DNA of 64,000 bases from Bacteroidales bacterium (GTDB taxonomy: Bacteria; Bacteroidota; Bacteroidia; Bacteroidales; FEN-979). The position numbers and the translations under genes are program-made. The notes under the pieces were generated by a model. That model made no database searches. It saw only the letters and a list, made by a program, of their open reading frames with translations, and was not told the origin of the DNA. This document shows positions 1 through 8,562 of this stretch, in pieces (position 1 is the first letter of the stretch; every line of letters begins with the position of its first letter). The stretch lies in NCBI GenBank assembly GCA_038244085.1, contig JBBRTX010000006.1, positions 20,891 to 84,890 of the forward strand, read 5' to 3'.

Positions 1-1557
1 TCTCCTTACCTCGGGAACCGTGCACTTGAAGGTTGCAGTGATGTTGCTGTTTCCTTTCAGCTCGAAGCACCCGCCACAACTCCTTATACGGTCAATTATA
101 CCATAAGCGGAACCGCCGTCAACGGTGTGGATTATACCCAGATTTCCAATTCAGTCACATTCCTGACCGGATCGGACAGTGTTGCGGTGGTGATACACCC
201 TGTTTTTGATACCATAGCTGAAGGTCCCAAAACCGTTATTCTGAAACTGGACAAGGTTTCATGCGACGGAGGTGTTGTGGCTGATACGGTCATCATCGAA
301 GATTACCTTCCCATGTCAATGCATCTCATGGCCGACACCACTATATGCCATGGAATCTCCCTGAAGTTCCTCCAGGTTGTTACCGGAGGTACAGGATCCT
401 TGTCCTATCATTGGAATATTTCCACGGTTACTGACAGTGTTCTGACAATTGTGCCTGATGTCGGACAACACTTTATTATCGGAACGGTGACGGATCTGTG
501 TCCGAATTCTGTTTCAGATACGACAATCGTATTGGTCCATCCGACTCCCATTGCCAATGCGGGTACCAATATTTCCATTCCAAACGGGACCAGTACCACG
601 CTTCATGGCATTGCTTCAGGAGGAATTGGGCCTTATGTTTACCAGTGGATCTCCAATCCGCCGGGATTTTTATCCAACGAGCAAAACCCGTCAACCGGAA
701 ATCTGCCGGTAACCAAAATATTTTTACTAACGGTGACGGATAGTCTGACCGGCTGTCAGAGCGAACCTTCGCAGGTAATCGTTGCGGTTATAGGTGGTCC
801 ATTATCTGCCAATCCTGCGGCTGATCCGGGTGTGGTCTGCGTGGGGGACCCCGTTCATCTTTATGCACTGGCCGGAGGAGGTTCCGGGCTATACACCTAT
901 TCATGGAGTTCCGTTCCTTCCGGATTCGCTTCCCAGGAACCCGATCCTGAGACAACCCCTCAACAAACAACCACCTTCCAGGTCATCGTCAATGACGGAT
1001 TTAACAACTTTCCGGGATCTGCAACGGTAACGGTAAATCCTCTTCCGGTAATCCATATGGGGCCGGTGGATTCAACGGTATGTATTTACGATTCCGTGGT
1101 CCTGGATGCAGGTAATCCCGGCTCTGCTTATGAATGGTCAAACGGAGCCACATCAAGAACCATCACCATCACTTCTGCCGGATTGAGTACCGAAGTTCAG
1201 ACTTACCAGGTCAGGGTTACTAACCAGAATCAATGCATGGATTCGGCCCTGATCAATGTCATCTTTTCTTTTAATGCTTGTGTTGGAATTCATGATCAGT
1301 CTGATTTTAAAGATTTTACTGTATTTCCGAATCCTACAAACGGCAGCTTTAAAATCTTCATAAGGCCACTGGAACCCAGGACAAATGTTGAAATTTATAA
1401 TATGACGGGAAGCAATGTCTTCAGTACGATTATCGAGGGTATTCCCGGAATAACCATCGAAAAGGAAATCAATATTTCAAACTTTTCAGCTGGAATTTAC
1501 CTGATAAAGATCTACGGAAAAGGGTACTCAGGAACGGCAAAAATTCTGCGGCAATAA
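1..1557 (+). CDS. T9SS-secreted repeat-domain surface protein (5' end lies outside the window)
   Basis: Frame 1 is open from base 1 (SPYLGNRALEGC...TVNYTISGTAVNGVDY, a Calx-beta-like motif), so the ORF-track GTG at 127 is internal. Three Ig/PKD-like repeats carry GG.G.Y.Y.W. The C-terminus (FTVFPNPTNGSFKI...GIYLIKIYG...KILRQ) fits the T9SS C-terminal sorting domain pattern. Confidence 0.7.
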   Translation, partial: SPYLGNRALEGCSDVAVSFQLEAPATTPYTVNYTISGTAVNGVDYTQISNSVTFLTGSDSVAVVIHPVFDTIAEGPKTVILKLDKVSCDGGVVADTVIIEDYLPMSMHLMADTTICHGISLKFLQVVTGGTGSLSYHWNISTVTDSVLTIVPDVGQHFIIGTVTDLCPNSVSDTTIVLVHPTPIANAGTNISIPNGTSTTLHGIASGGIGPYVYQWISNPPGFLSNEQNPSTGNLPVTKIFLLTVTDSLTGCQSEPSQVIVAVIGGPLSANPAADPGVVCVGDPVHLYALAGGGSGLYTYSWSSVPSGFASQEPDPETTPQQTTTFQVIVNDGFNNFPGSATVTVNPLPVIHMGPVDSTVCIYDSVVLDAGNPGSAYEWSNGATSRTITITSAGLSTEVQTYQVRVTNQNQCMDSALINVIFSFNACVGIHDQSDFKDFTVFPNPTNGSFKIFIRPLEPRTNVEIYNMTGSNVFSTIIEGIPGITIEKEINISNFSAGIYLIKIYGKGYSGTAKILRQ

Positions 1558-1561
1558 CCAA

Positions 1562-1601
1562 CTCACCAACTCATCAGCTCATCAACTCATCAGCTATCCA
1601 A
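1562..1601. repeat. Tandem octamer array, left copy (CTCACCAA CTCATCAG CTCATCAA CTCATCAG CTATCCAA)
   Basis: Read directly from the sequence. It starts 4 nt after the stop of the upstream plus-strand gene. CTA at 1594-1596 is the TAG stop of the LexA-like gene on the minus strand. Confidence 0.85.
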
Positions 1602-2400
1602 GCTCGAGCCTTGTCTGGATTGCTTTCACCTCCTCGCGCAGTTTCTGTACTGTTTGAGCAAGCTGTGAAGGATCAACCTGGTCATTCGAAGGAAGATCAG
1701 CACTGATGTAATGCACGAACTGCCAGATTTCACGGATGTCTTTCACCTGAATGTCGTACGGACGATAGGTGGGGTTCAGCGAATGCAATATCAGCTTTGA
1801 ATCATCCCTGATCTTGTTTTCGGCCACTTTAAAAACAATTCCTTCATCGATGGTGAGAATGATATAGGCGTCTTTGTCTCTGACCGTTGACCAATCCTGT
1901 ACAAATACACCCGTCACCCAGGAACCATCAGGAATCGGCAGCATGGAATCACCGGTGATCTGAAAAGTCCGGTATTTTTTCTGTTTCGAGAGAAACGGAA
2001 GCCGGAAAGTAGGAAGGATACTGATGTACTCGGGATCTGCAAACCCACTCGTATATCCTGCCTTTGCCTTATGAGCGACGAGTTCAATGTTCTCCTCATT
2101 ATCTTTTCCGATGGTGGTGGTCAGAATCCGCAGATTACTTCCCCTGATGAATACATCAAATCCTTTTTCCAGTTGACGCAACTGACTTTCAGGGAGTTTT
2201 GAAAGATCGACTTTCAGCAAGGTATCGATCGCGATGTTGAAATAGTTGGAAAAACCAACCAGCGATTCCATGCCAGGCTGTGCGATTGAGTTTTCATAGC
2301 CACTCAGGGTTGAACGTTTCATCTTCAGCATAAAGGCCACATCATCCTGCGTCCGGCCCAGTCGTTTCCTCAGGATTTTAATGTTCGAGTTAAAAAACAT
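1594..2400 (-). CDS. LexA-like repressor: N-terminal XRE-type HTH plus C-terminal S24 self-cleaving peptidase domain
   Basis: The N-terminus (IKILRKRLGRTQDDVAFMLKMKRSTLSGYENS) is a classic XRE HTH. GDSM (ITGDSMLP) supplies the S24 catalytic Ser motif, with a downstream Lys candidate (FKVAENK). An Ala-Gly candidate cleavage site lies in HKAKAGY. The gene is divergent from a dinB/dnaE2 pair. Confidence 0.8.
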   Translation of the reverse strand: MFFNSNIKILRKRLGRTQDDVAFMLKMKRSTLSGYENSIAQPGMESLVGFSNYFNIAIDTLLKVDLSKLPESQLRQLEKGFDVFIRGSNLRILTTTIGKDNEENIELVAHKAKAGYTSGFADPEYISILPTFRLPFLSKQKKYRTFQITGDSMLPIPDGSWVTGVFVQDWSTVRDKDAYIILTIDEGIVFKVAENKIRDDSKLILHSLNPTYRPYDIQVKDIREIWQFVHYISADLPSNDQVDPSQLAQTVQKLREEVKAIQTRLELG

Positions 2401-2414
2401 TTGCGGTATTTTTT

Positions 2415-2448
2415 AAAAATGATTATATTGTGATCGAAAAAATGATTA
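2415..2448. promoter_or_regulatory. Candidate operator: direct 11-mer repeat AAAAATGATTA (2415-2425 and 2438-2448), 23-nt period
   Basis: Exact 11-nt direct repeat in the divergent lexA-like/dinB intergenic region. It lies just downstream of the minus-strand -7 box. The inverted half TAATCA recurs at 2521-2526, next to the dinB ATG. Confidence 0.35.
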
Positions 2449-2457
2449 AAAACACGT

Positions 2458-2465
2458 CAAAGATA
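2458..2465 (-). promoter_or_regulatory. Bacteroidota -7 promoter box (TATCTTTG) for the lexA-like gene
   Basis: Matches TAnnTTTG on the minus strand, 58 nt upstream of the ATG at 2400. Confidence 0.5.
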
Positions 2466-2533
2466 AGCCAATTATTTAAAAAGTGAAATGGAAAGATCGT
2501 TTTTTTTTATGTATCCATTCTTAATCACCTGAT

Positions 2534-3688
2534 ATGCTTCGATCGCGGGATATTCTGCATTTGGACTTGGACACTTTTTTTGTTTCAGTTGAGCGGTTGC
2601 AGAATGCTTCCCTGGTTGGTAAGCCTGTGATCATTGGCGGGATGTCCGACAGGGGAGTGGTGGCCAGTTGCAGTTACGAGGCGCGCCGTTTCGGTGTCAG
2701 TTCCGGCATGGCGATGAAGATGGCGCGGATGATGTGCCGTGATGCTGTTTTTATCCGCGGCGACATGGAGACCTACTCCAGGTATTCCCATCTGGTCACC
2801 GAGGTCATCGAGGAAAGAGCCCCGCTGTATGAAAAGGCTTCCATCGATGAGCATTACCTGGATGTAACGGGGATGGATCGTTTTTTTGGTTTACAGAAAT
2901 GGACACACGAGCTCCGGCAGGCCATCATAAAAAATACCGGGCTGCCGATCTCTTTTGGTTTATCTGTGAACAAGACTGTTTCAAAGATCGCAACCGGCGA
3001 AGCAAAACCCAACGGGGAGCTGCAGGTTCCCCAGGAGAGGGTTCAGCCGTTCCTGGCTCCTTTATCGATCCGGAAAATCCCCGGGATCGGCGAAAAAACC
3101 TACCCGTTGCTCCGTTCCATGGGCGTATCAACGATTGAGACCCTTAGCCGTATACCGGTTGACATGATGGAGCGGGTAATGGGGAAAAACGGGGTGGTGC
3201 TCTGGGAAAGGGCCAATGGCATTGATACCACACCGGTACGGCCCTATTCCGAAAGCAAATCCGTTAGCACCGAAACTACGTTCGATCAGGACACCATTGA
3301 TGTTGTCAGAATGAAAGAAATACTCGTAAAGATGGTTGAAAAGCTATCGTTTGAGCTGCGGGAACAGGAAAAACTGACAGCCTCTGTGACCGTTAAGATC
3401 CGCTATTCCAACTTCGATACCCATACCATTCAACAGCAGGTTCCCTATACCGCCTTCGATCATGTGCTGATCCCGCTGGTGAAGGACCTGTTTGATAAAG
3501 TCTTCCAGCGGCGGATGTTGATCCGGCTGATTGGCGTGCGTTTCAGTAAGCTTGTTTCCGGAAATCCGCAACTGAACATGTTCGAGGAAAGCACCGAAAT
3601 GATCAATCTTTACCAGGCAATGGATAAGATCAGGTCAAAATACGGGGCTTCTGCCATCCGACGGGCAGTGGCGTTGAAGTGTTGTTGA
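2534..3688 (+). CDS. dinB: Y-family DNA polymerase IV (DinB-like, catalytic carboxylates retained)
   Basis: HLDLDTFFVSVE and SIDEHYLDVTG correspond to the DMDxFFA and SxDEAYLD motifs of DinB, including the Asp/Asp/Glu metal ligands. At 384 aa the length is typical. Confidence 0.85.
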   Translation: MLRSRDILHLDLDTFFVSVERLQNASLVGKPVIIGGMSDRGVVASCSYEARRFGVSSGMAMKMARMMCRDAVFIRGDMETYSRYSHLVTEVIEERAPLYEKASIDEHYLDVTGMDRFFGLQKWTHELRQAIIKNTGLPISFGLSVNKTVSKIATGEAKPNGELQVPQERVQPFLAPLSIRKIPGIGEKTYPLLRSMGVSTIETLSRIPVDMMERVMGKNGVVLWERANGIDTTPVRPYSESKSVSTETTFDQDTIDVVRMKEILVKMVEKLSFELREQEKLTASVTVKIRYSNFDTHTIQQQVPYTAFDHVLIPLVKDLFDKVFQRRMLIRLIGVRFSKLVSGNPQLNMFEESTEMINLYQAMDKIRSKYGASAIRRAVALKCC

Positions 3689-3772
3689 TTTAAGAAAAAA
3701 CAAGGTGAAAAGACAAAAGTTGACTTCAGGATCGGATTCGTTTTCTAATGTTCTATTTCAGGGAATGGTAAA

Positions 3773-6733
3773 ATGTTCCTGAACGGTCATTCATATTATA
3801 GCCTTAGATATGGAACGCTTTCCATTGAGAAGCTCGTGGAGACGGCGAAAGTCAATGATGTGCATACACTAGCCCTGACGGACATCAACAACTCTGCGGG
3901 GATCCTGGATTTTGTGAAGGAATGTACCTTGAACGGGATCAAACCCGTTGCCGGGATCGAATTCCGTTCAAACGATCAATTGCTCTATATTGGGATTGCC
4001 AGGAATAACGAGGGCTTCCGCGAACTGAATGAATTTCTCACTGCCCATAACCTTCAGAAGATCCCGTTACCTCGCGAGGCCCCGGAATTTGAGAATGCCA
4101 CAGTCATCTATCCTTTTACCGACCAGGCTTTCACGAGAAGAAAAAAGCGTTTTCAGGACATGACGGATGTGGTGGGAATCCGTCCTTCGGAGATCAGGCG
4201 GCTGACCACGCATCCCGATCGTGAGTTCCTGCTGCGGAATTCGGTAATCCTTGCCCCGGTTACTTTTCAGACCGAAGCAGAATATTTTCTCCATAAAAAC
4301 CTCAGGGCCATTGATCATAATATCCTGATCAGTCATCTGAAACCTGAACAGATTGCCGGACAGGATGAAATGATGATCCCGGAAGGTGATCTGAAAATGA
4401 TATTTAAGGACTATCCTCAACTGATTCTCAATACAGAGAAGTTTTTGGATGATTGCCACATATCTTTTGACCGTTCATCTACAAAAAATAAAAAGACCTT
4501 CACCGGAACGCCCTATGATGACAAGGAGTTATTGGAAAAATTGGCCTTCGACGGGCTGGATTACCGATATGGAAAAAAAAACAAACAGGCCGTTGCACGC
4601 GTCCGGCATGAGTTGGAGATCATTGATAAAATGGGTTTTTCGTCCTATTTCCTGATTGCCTGGGACATTGTCAGATATTCCATGTCAAGAGGATTTTATC
4701 ATGTGGGAAGGGGCAGTGGCGCCAACAGCATTGTGGCTTATTGCCTGAAAATTACCGATGTGGATCCCATTGAACTCGATCTTTATTTCGAACGATTCAT
4801 CAATCCCAAGCGGACGTCTCCTCCCGATTTCGATATCGATTATTCGTGGAAAGAGCGGGATGAAGTGCTGGACTACATATTTAAGCGGCATGGCCATCAG
4901 CATACTGCGCTGCTGGGGGCTATGTCGACCTTCAAATCCAATTCAATTTACCGGGAACTCGGAAAGGTGCACGGATTACCCAAACTGGAGATGGATCAGT
5001 TTCTGCGTCATCCCGAAGAGAAGACGTATGAGAATGATAATATCATCAACAAAATCAGGACAATCGGCGCCATGATGGTTGATTTTCCGAATCTCAGGAG
5101 CATTCATGCCGGCGGAATTCTGATCTCCGATAAACCCATCACCTGTTATACCGCTCTGGATCTGCCTCCCAAAGGTTTTCCCACGACCCAGTGGGACATG
5201 TATGTTGCGGAAGACATAGGGTTTGAAAAACTGGATATCCTTTCGCAACGGGGCATCGGGCATATCAAGGAGGCGGCTGAGATCATTCTCGGAAACCGTA
5301 AGGTGAAAGTGGATGTACACCAGGTACAACTTTTCAAGAAGGATGAAACGGTGAAAGAACTGTTACGATCGGGGGACACCATCGGTTGTTTTTATGTGGA
5401 AAGTCCTGCCATGCGGCAACTGTTAAAGAAACTGCATTGCGACAATTACCTCTCACTGGTTGCAGCAAGTTCCATCATTCGGCCGGGTGTGGCAAGATCA
5501 GGAATGATGCGCGAATACATTTACCGTTTCCATCACCCCCACGGTTTCAGCTATATCCATCCGGTAATGGAAGAACAACTGAAGGAGACCTATGGTGTGA
5601 TGGTTTACCAGGAAGATGTGCTGAAGATCTGCCATCATTTTGCAGGACTGGACCTGTCGGATGCCGATGTGCTCCGTCGCGCCATGAGCGGAAAATTCAG
5701 ATCGAAGAAGGAGTTCCAGCGGATCGTTGACAAATTTTTTGAAAACTGCCGGAATTCCGGCTACCCGGAGGAGGTCACCAAAGAAGTCTGGCGACAGATC
5801 GAATCTTTTGCCGGCTATTCATTTTCAAAAGCACATTCAGCTTCCTATGCCGTGGAGAGCTACCAGAGTCTTTACCTGAAATCCCATTTCCCGCTTGAAT
5901 TTATGGTTGCCGTCATTAATAACTTCGGCGGTTTTTATTCTTCCTGGGTCTATTTCAATGAAGCCAGAAACTGGGGGGCTGCGTTGCATGAGCCTTGCGT
6001 GAACCGCGGAAATTACAAGACCAGCATCACGGGGAAAGACATTTTTGTCGGTTTCATCCATGTGGCGAACCTGGAGAGGGATACGGGGAAAATGATTCAG
6101 GAGGAACGAATGACAAATGGCCTCTATCTTGATCTCGGGGATTTTATCACCCGTACACAGATCAGTCTTGAACAGCTCATCATCCTGATCCGCACCGGTG
6201 CATTCAGGTTTACCGGCAAATCAAAATCGCAGCTTCTCTGGGAAGCCCATGTGCTGACGGGCGGCAAACCGGACTCAACAGAAACGGGAACGCTTTTCGT
6301 TACACCTGTCAAAAACTACGAGCTTCCACAGCTTGAACAAAACCGGATTGAAGATGTTTATGATGAAATCGAATTCCTGGGTTTTGCAGTAAAATATTCC
6401 TTTTTCGATCTTCTGGAGACTTCTTTTCGCGGAGAATGTCTTGCAAAGGAGATGCTGAATTACACCGGGACGAAAATGCGGATGCTCGGGCACCTGGTTA
6501 CAATCAAATATGCCCGAACCATCAAACATGAATGGATGAACTTCGGGACTTTTCTGGATGTTACAGGGCAGATCTTCGATACGGTTCATTTTCCGTACAG
6601 TCTGAAAACCTACCCTTTCCGCGGCGACGGAATCTATCTTCTTATGGGTAAAATCACTGAAGAGTTCGGCTATCCCATCATGACCGTGGAAAAGATGGCA
6701 AAAATGCCCGTGGTCAAAGATCCCCGGCAGTAA
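3773..6733 (+). CDS. dnaE2: Error-prone DNA polymerase III alpha-subunit paralogue (DnaE2/ImuC-like)
   Basis: N-terminal PHP domain (GHSYYSLRYG...LALTDINN) and a pol III alpha core (FERFINPKRTSPPDFDIDY, SFAGYSFSKAHSASYA). At 986 aa it is shorter than a replicative DnaE. It lies directly downstream of dinB and next to the LexA-like gene. Confidence 0.75.
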   Translation: MFLNGHSYYSLRYGTLSIEKLVETAKVNDVHTLALTDINNSAGILDFVKECTLNGIKPVAGIEFRSNDQLLYIGIARNNEGFRELNEFLTAHNLQKIPLPREAPEFENATVIYPFTDQAFTRRKKRFQDMTDVVGIRPSEIRRLTTHPDREFLLRNSVILAPVTFQTEAEYFLHKNLRAIDHNILISHLKPEQIAGQDEMMIPEGDLKMIFKDYPQLILNTEKFLDDCHISFDRSSTKNKKTFTGTPYDDKELLEKLAFDGLDYRYGKKNKQAVARVRHELEIIDKMGFSSYFLIAWDIVRYSMSRGFYHVGRGSGANSIVAYCLKITDVDPIELDLYFERFINPKRTSPPDFDIDYSWKERDEVLDYIFKRHGHQHTALLGAMSTFKSNSIYRELGKVHGLPKLEMDQFLRHPEEKTYENDNIINKIRTIGAMMVDFPNLRSIHAGGILISDKPITCYTALDLPPKGFPTTQWDMYVAEDIGFEKLDILSQRGIGHIKEAAEIILGNRKVKVDVHQVQLFKKDETVKELLRSGDTIGCFYVESPAMRQLLKKLHCDNYLSLVAASSIIRPGVARSGMMREYIYRFHHPHGFSYIHPVMEEQLKETYGVMVYQEDVLKICHHFAGLDLSDADVLRRAMSGKFRSKKEFQRIVDKFFENCRNSGYPEEVTKEVWRQIESFAGYSFSKAHSASYAVESYQSLYLKSHFPLEFMVAVINNFGGFYSSWVYFNEARNWGAALHEPCVNRGNYKTSITGKDIFVGFIHVANLERDTGKMIQEERMTNGLYLDLGDFITRTQISLEQLIILIRTGAFRFTGKSKSQLLWEAHVLTGGKPDSTETGTLFVTPVKNYELPQLEQNRIEDVYDEIEFLGFAVKYSFFDLLETSFRGECLAKEMLNYTGTKMRMLGHLVTIKYARTIKHEWMNFGTFLDVTGQIFDTVHFPYSLKTYPFRGDGIYLLMGKITEEFGYPIMTVEKMAKMPVVKDPRQ

Positions 6734-6757
6734 TTACTTAGCTGCTGAAACATAGAG

Positions 6758-6797
6758 CTCACCACCTCATCAACTCATCAGCTCATCAACTACTTCA
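6758..6797. repeat. Tandem octamer array, right copy (CTCACCAC CTCATCAA CTCATCAG CTCATCAA CTACTTCA)
   Basis: Read directly. It matches the left copy at 31 of 35 in-register positions. CTA at 6790-6792 is the TAG stop of the minus-strand peptidase gene. Confidence 0.85.
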
Positions 6798-8445
6798 GTC
6801 CCAAAGCAGCTGGTCCCTGCAAATAGAGGATGTCCACGGGAATACTGGCTGTTCTAAGTTTGTCAATATCGGATTGAAGTGTTTGGCGGATCTTTCCGTT
6901 TGTTTCAAGATAAGCGGAAGCTCCCGGGTAATCTCCTTCGCCTTCAAATACCAACACCTTGTTTGCCCATTCATTCATAGCAATACGCATCTTGTCCATA
7001 TTGACTTTGTAAGTCCCTTCCGCACTTCTTTCAAAAGCGCCCTTGTCTTCAAAATAATTGAAACACATCATATTGGCTTTTCCATGGGAATCGGCAGCAC
7101 CAAAGCGGACAGAGCGGATGATCCCGGCCATAAAGGTCACAAAACAATCTTCCTGGGAAATGTCCTTGAGTTCGCCTTTTTCGATCAACTTCGAAACCAT
7201 GAAAAGACCCAGGATGTCAGCTTTTGCCTCTTCAAAAGAGGAATATTTTTCTTTCAACGCATCGCGCACGGTCCCTTTCCCATTGATGGTATTCTTGATA
7301 CCCAGTCCATGCGCCACTTCATGGAACATTACATTTGAAAAGAAGGCATCGAAAGTGATATTCTTCTTTTGAGAAGGATCGGTGAGCACATTGGAAATGG
7401 GAACCAGGATGCTCTCGAATTTTGCCTTCATGGCATTCTTTAACTGTAACCTTCTCGAGCCTTTTGCCAGTTGAACCTTCTCATCATTCGGGAGGTTGAT
7501 GGCAATGGTTTTTCCGCCTGCATTGGAATGACCTGTGACATAAATGATGTCGTAGGCATTCAGGTCGGATCCTGAAGCAGGCACCTCTTTTTTATATTTT
7601 GCATCGACCGGCAACTGTCGCTGAAGTTCAGGCAGCACACCGGTAAATTTTTCCAGTTTTTTGCTCCAGTCTTTATCCTTCACAAGAATGGCCGATTCGT
7701 ATGCAGTTTTATAACCAAAAAGTTCGTCTTCATAATTCTCAATTGGGCCTATCACAATGTCCAGTGTGTTGGTCTTCATATCCATCCAGGCCATGTCGCT
7801 GGCAAAATAGTCATCCGAAACCAGGGCATTGGCTCTCAGGGAAAGATATTTTTTCAGACCGGGATCCTCTGCCAGTTCGCTTGCTTTCTGAAGCAATTCA
7901 GCAGCCCTTCCGAGTTTTTGTTTAAATGCTTCGTGAAACCAGATTAGTTTGAGGCTCTTGTCATTATTTCTGCCAACCAGGGTATACTGACTGGTTTTAT
8001 CCTTTTCTTTCCATGCTTCAAATTCTTCTTTCGTCATATCCTGCGGATAAAAATTGGCTCCGGCAGGCTTTTCTCCGAAACTTTTCATGAAAGGCTTGTT
8101 CCCATTGAGTCTTTCCCAGGGTCCGTAATTGATTGATACAAAACGGCGAATCAGCGTATCCCCGATGGTATCCAGGAAGGCCGCTTTGGGACCAATTACC
8201 TGTTCCCAGTATAAATCGTCCATGATATCAGCGGCTTCCATTAGCAGCGGAATCATTTCCTTCTCTTTATCTGTAAGTTTTGAAAGATTGGTTGTGAGTT
8301 TCACTACTGCAAACTCGTTGATTTTTGCATTGATCACCGAATCCTGCCCGGTAAGGTTGCCGGTTTTTCCATTGGAACTGCATCCTGTAAGTAAGGTTCC
8401 GGTCATAAATGCGATCGCTAAAATAATCAGATTGAATTTTGACAT
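6790..8445 (-). CDS. Zn-metallopeptidase lipoprotein, DPP III (M49)-like
   Basis: HEVAHGLG plus a downstream EEAKAD resemble the HExxGH / EExxAE(D) pair of family M49. The start is placed at MSKFNLIILAIAFMTGTLLTGCSS (lipoprotein signal), because the -7 box at 8467-8474 lies inside the longer ORF-track version. Confidence 0.5.
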   Translation of the reverse strand: MSKFNLIILAIAFMTGTLLTGCSSNGKTGNLTGQDSVINAKINEFAVVKLTTNLSKLTDKEKEMIPLLMEAADIMDDLYWEQVIGPKAAFLDTIGDTLIRRFVSINYGPWERLNGNKPFMKSFGEKPAGANFYPQDMTKEEFEAWKEKDKTSQYTLVGRNNDKSLKLIWFHEAFKQKLGRAAELLQKASELAEDPGLKKYLSLRANALVSDDYFASDMAWMDMKTNTLDIVIGPIENYEDELFGYKTAYESAILVKDKDWSKKLEKFTGVLPELQRQLPVDAKYKKEVPASGSDLNAYDIIYVTGHSNAGGKTIAINLPNDEKVQLAKGSRRLQLKNAMKAKFESILVPISNVLTDPSQKKNITFDAFFSNVMFHEVAHGLGIKNTINGKGTVRDALKEKYSSFEEAKADILGLFMVSKLIEKGELKDISQEDCFVTFMAGIIRSVRFGAADSHGKANMMCFNYFEDKGAFERSAEGTYKVNMDKMRIAMNEWANKVLVFEGEGDYPGASAYLETNGKIRQTLQSDIDKLRTASIPVDILYLQGPAALGLK

Positions 8446-8466
8446 ATCAGGTTTATTTATTTTAAA

Positions 8467-8474
8467 CAAAAATA
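8467..8474 (-). promoter_or_regulatory. -7 promoter box (TATTTTTG) for the peptidase gene
   Basis: TAnnTTTG on the minus strand, 22 nt upstream of the ATG at 8445. Confidence 0.5.
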
Positions 8475-8521
8475 CAAAATTGTGAGGCATTAAATATTGA
8501 ATGGAAACCAATTATTTTTTT

Positions 8522-8529
8522 TACATTTG
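8522..8529 (+). promoter_or_regulatory. -7 promoter box (TACATTTG) for the SPFH gene
   Basis: TAnnTTTG, 34 nt upstream of the ATG at 8563. It lies inside the longer ORF-track start, which argues for the shorter start. Confidence 0.5.
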
Positions 8530-8562
8530 ATTTTTAGTAATCTCATTAAAAACATTTTCATT

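Noticed and set aside
1562-1601. On the minus strand the octamer arrays read CTGATGAG TTGATGAG..., which matches the CUGAUGAG core of hammerhead ribozymes.
   Set aside because: There is no accompanying GAAA core element, no flanking helices and no cleavage-site context. The match comes from a simple tandem repeat.
1562-6797. The octamer arrays as a possible minimal CRISPR-like or other spacer-repeat array.
   Set aside because: The units are contiguous 8-mers with no spacers, there are only 4-5 units per site, and no cas genes are present in the window.
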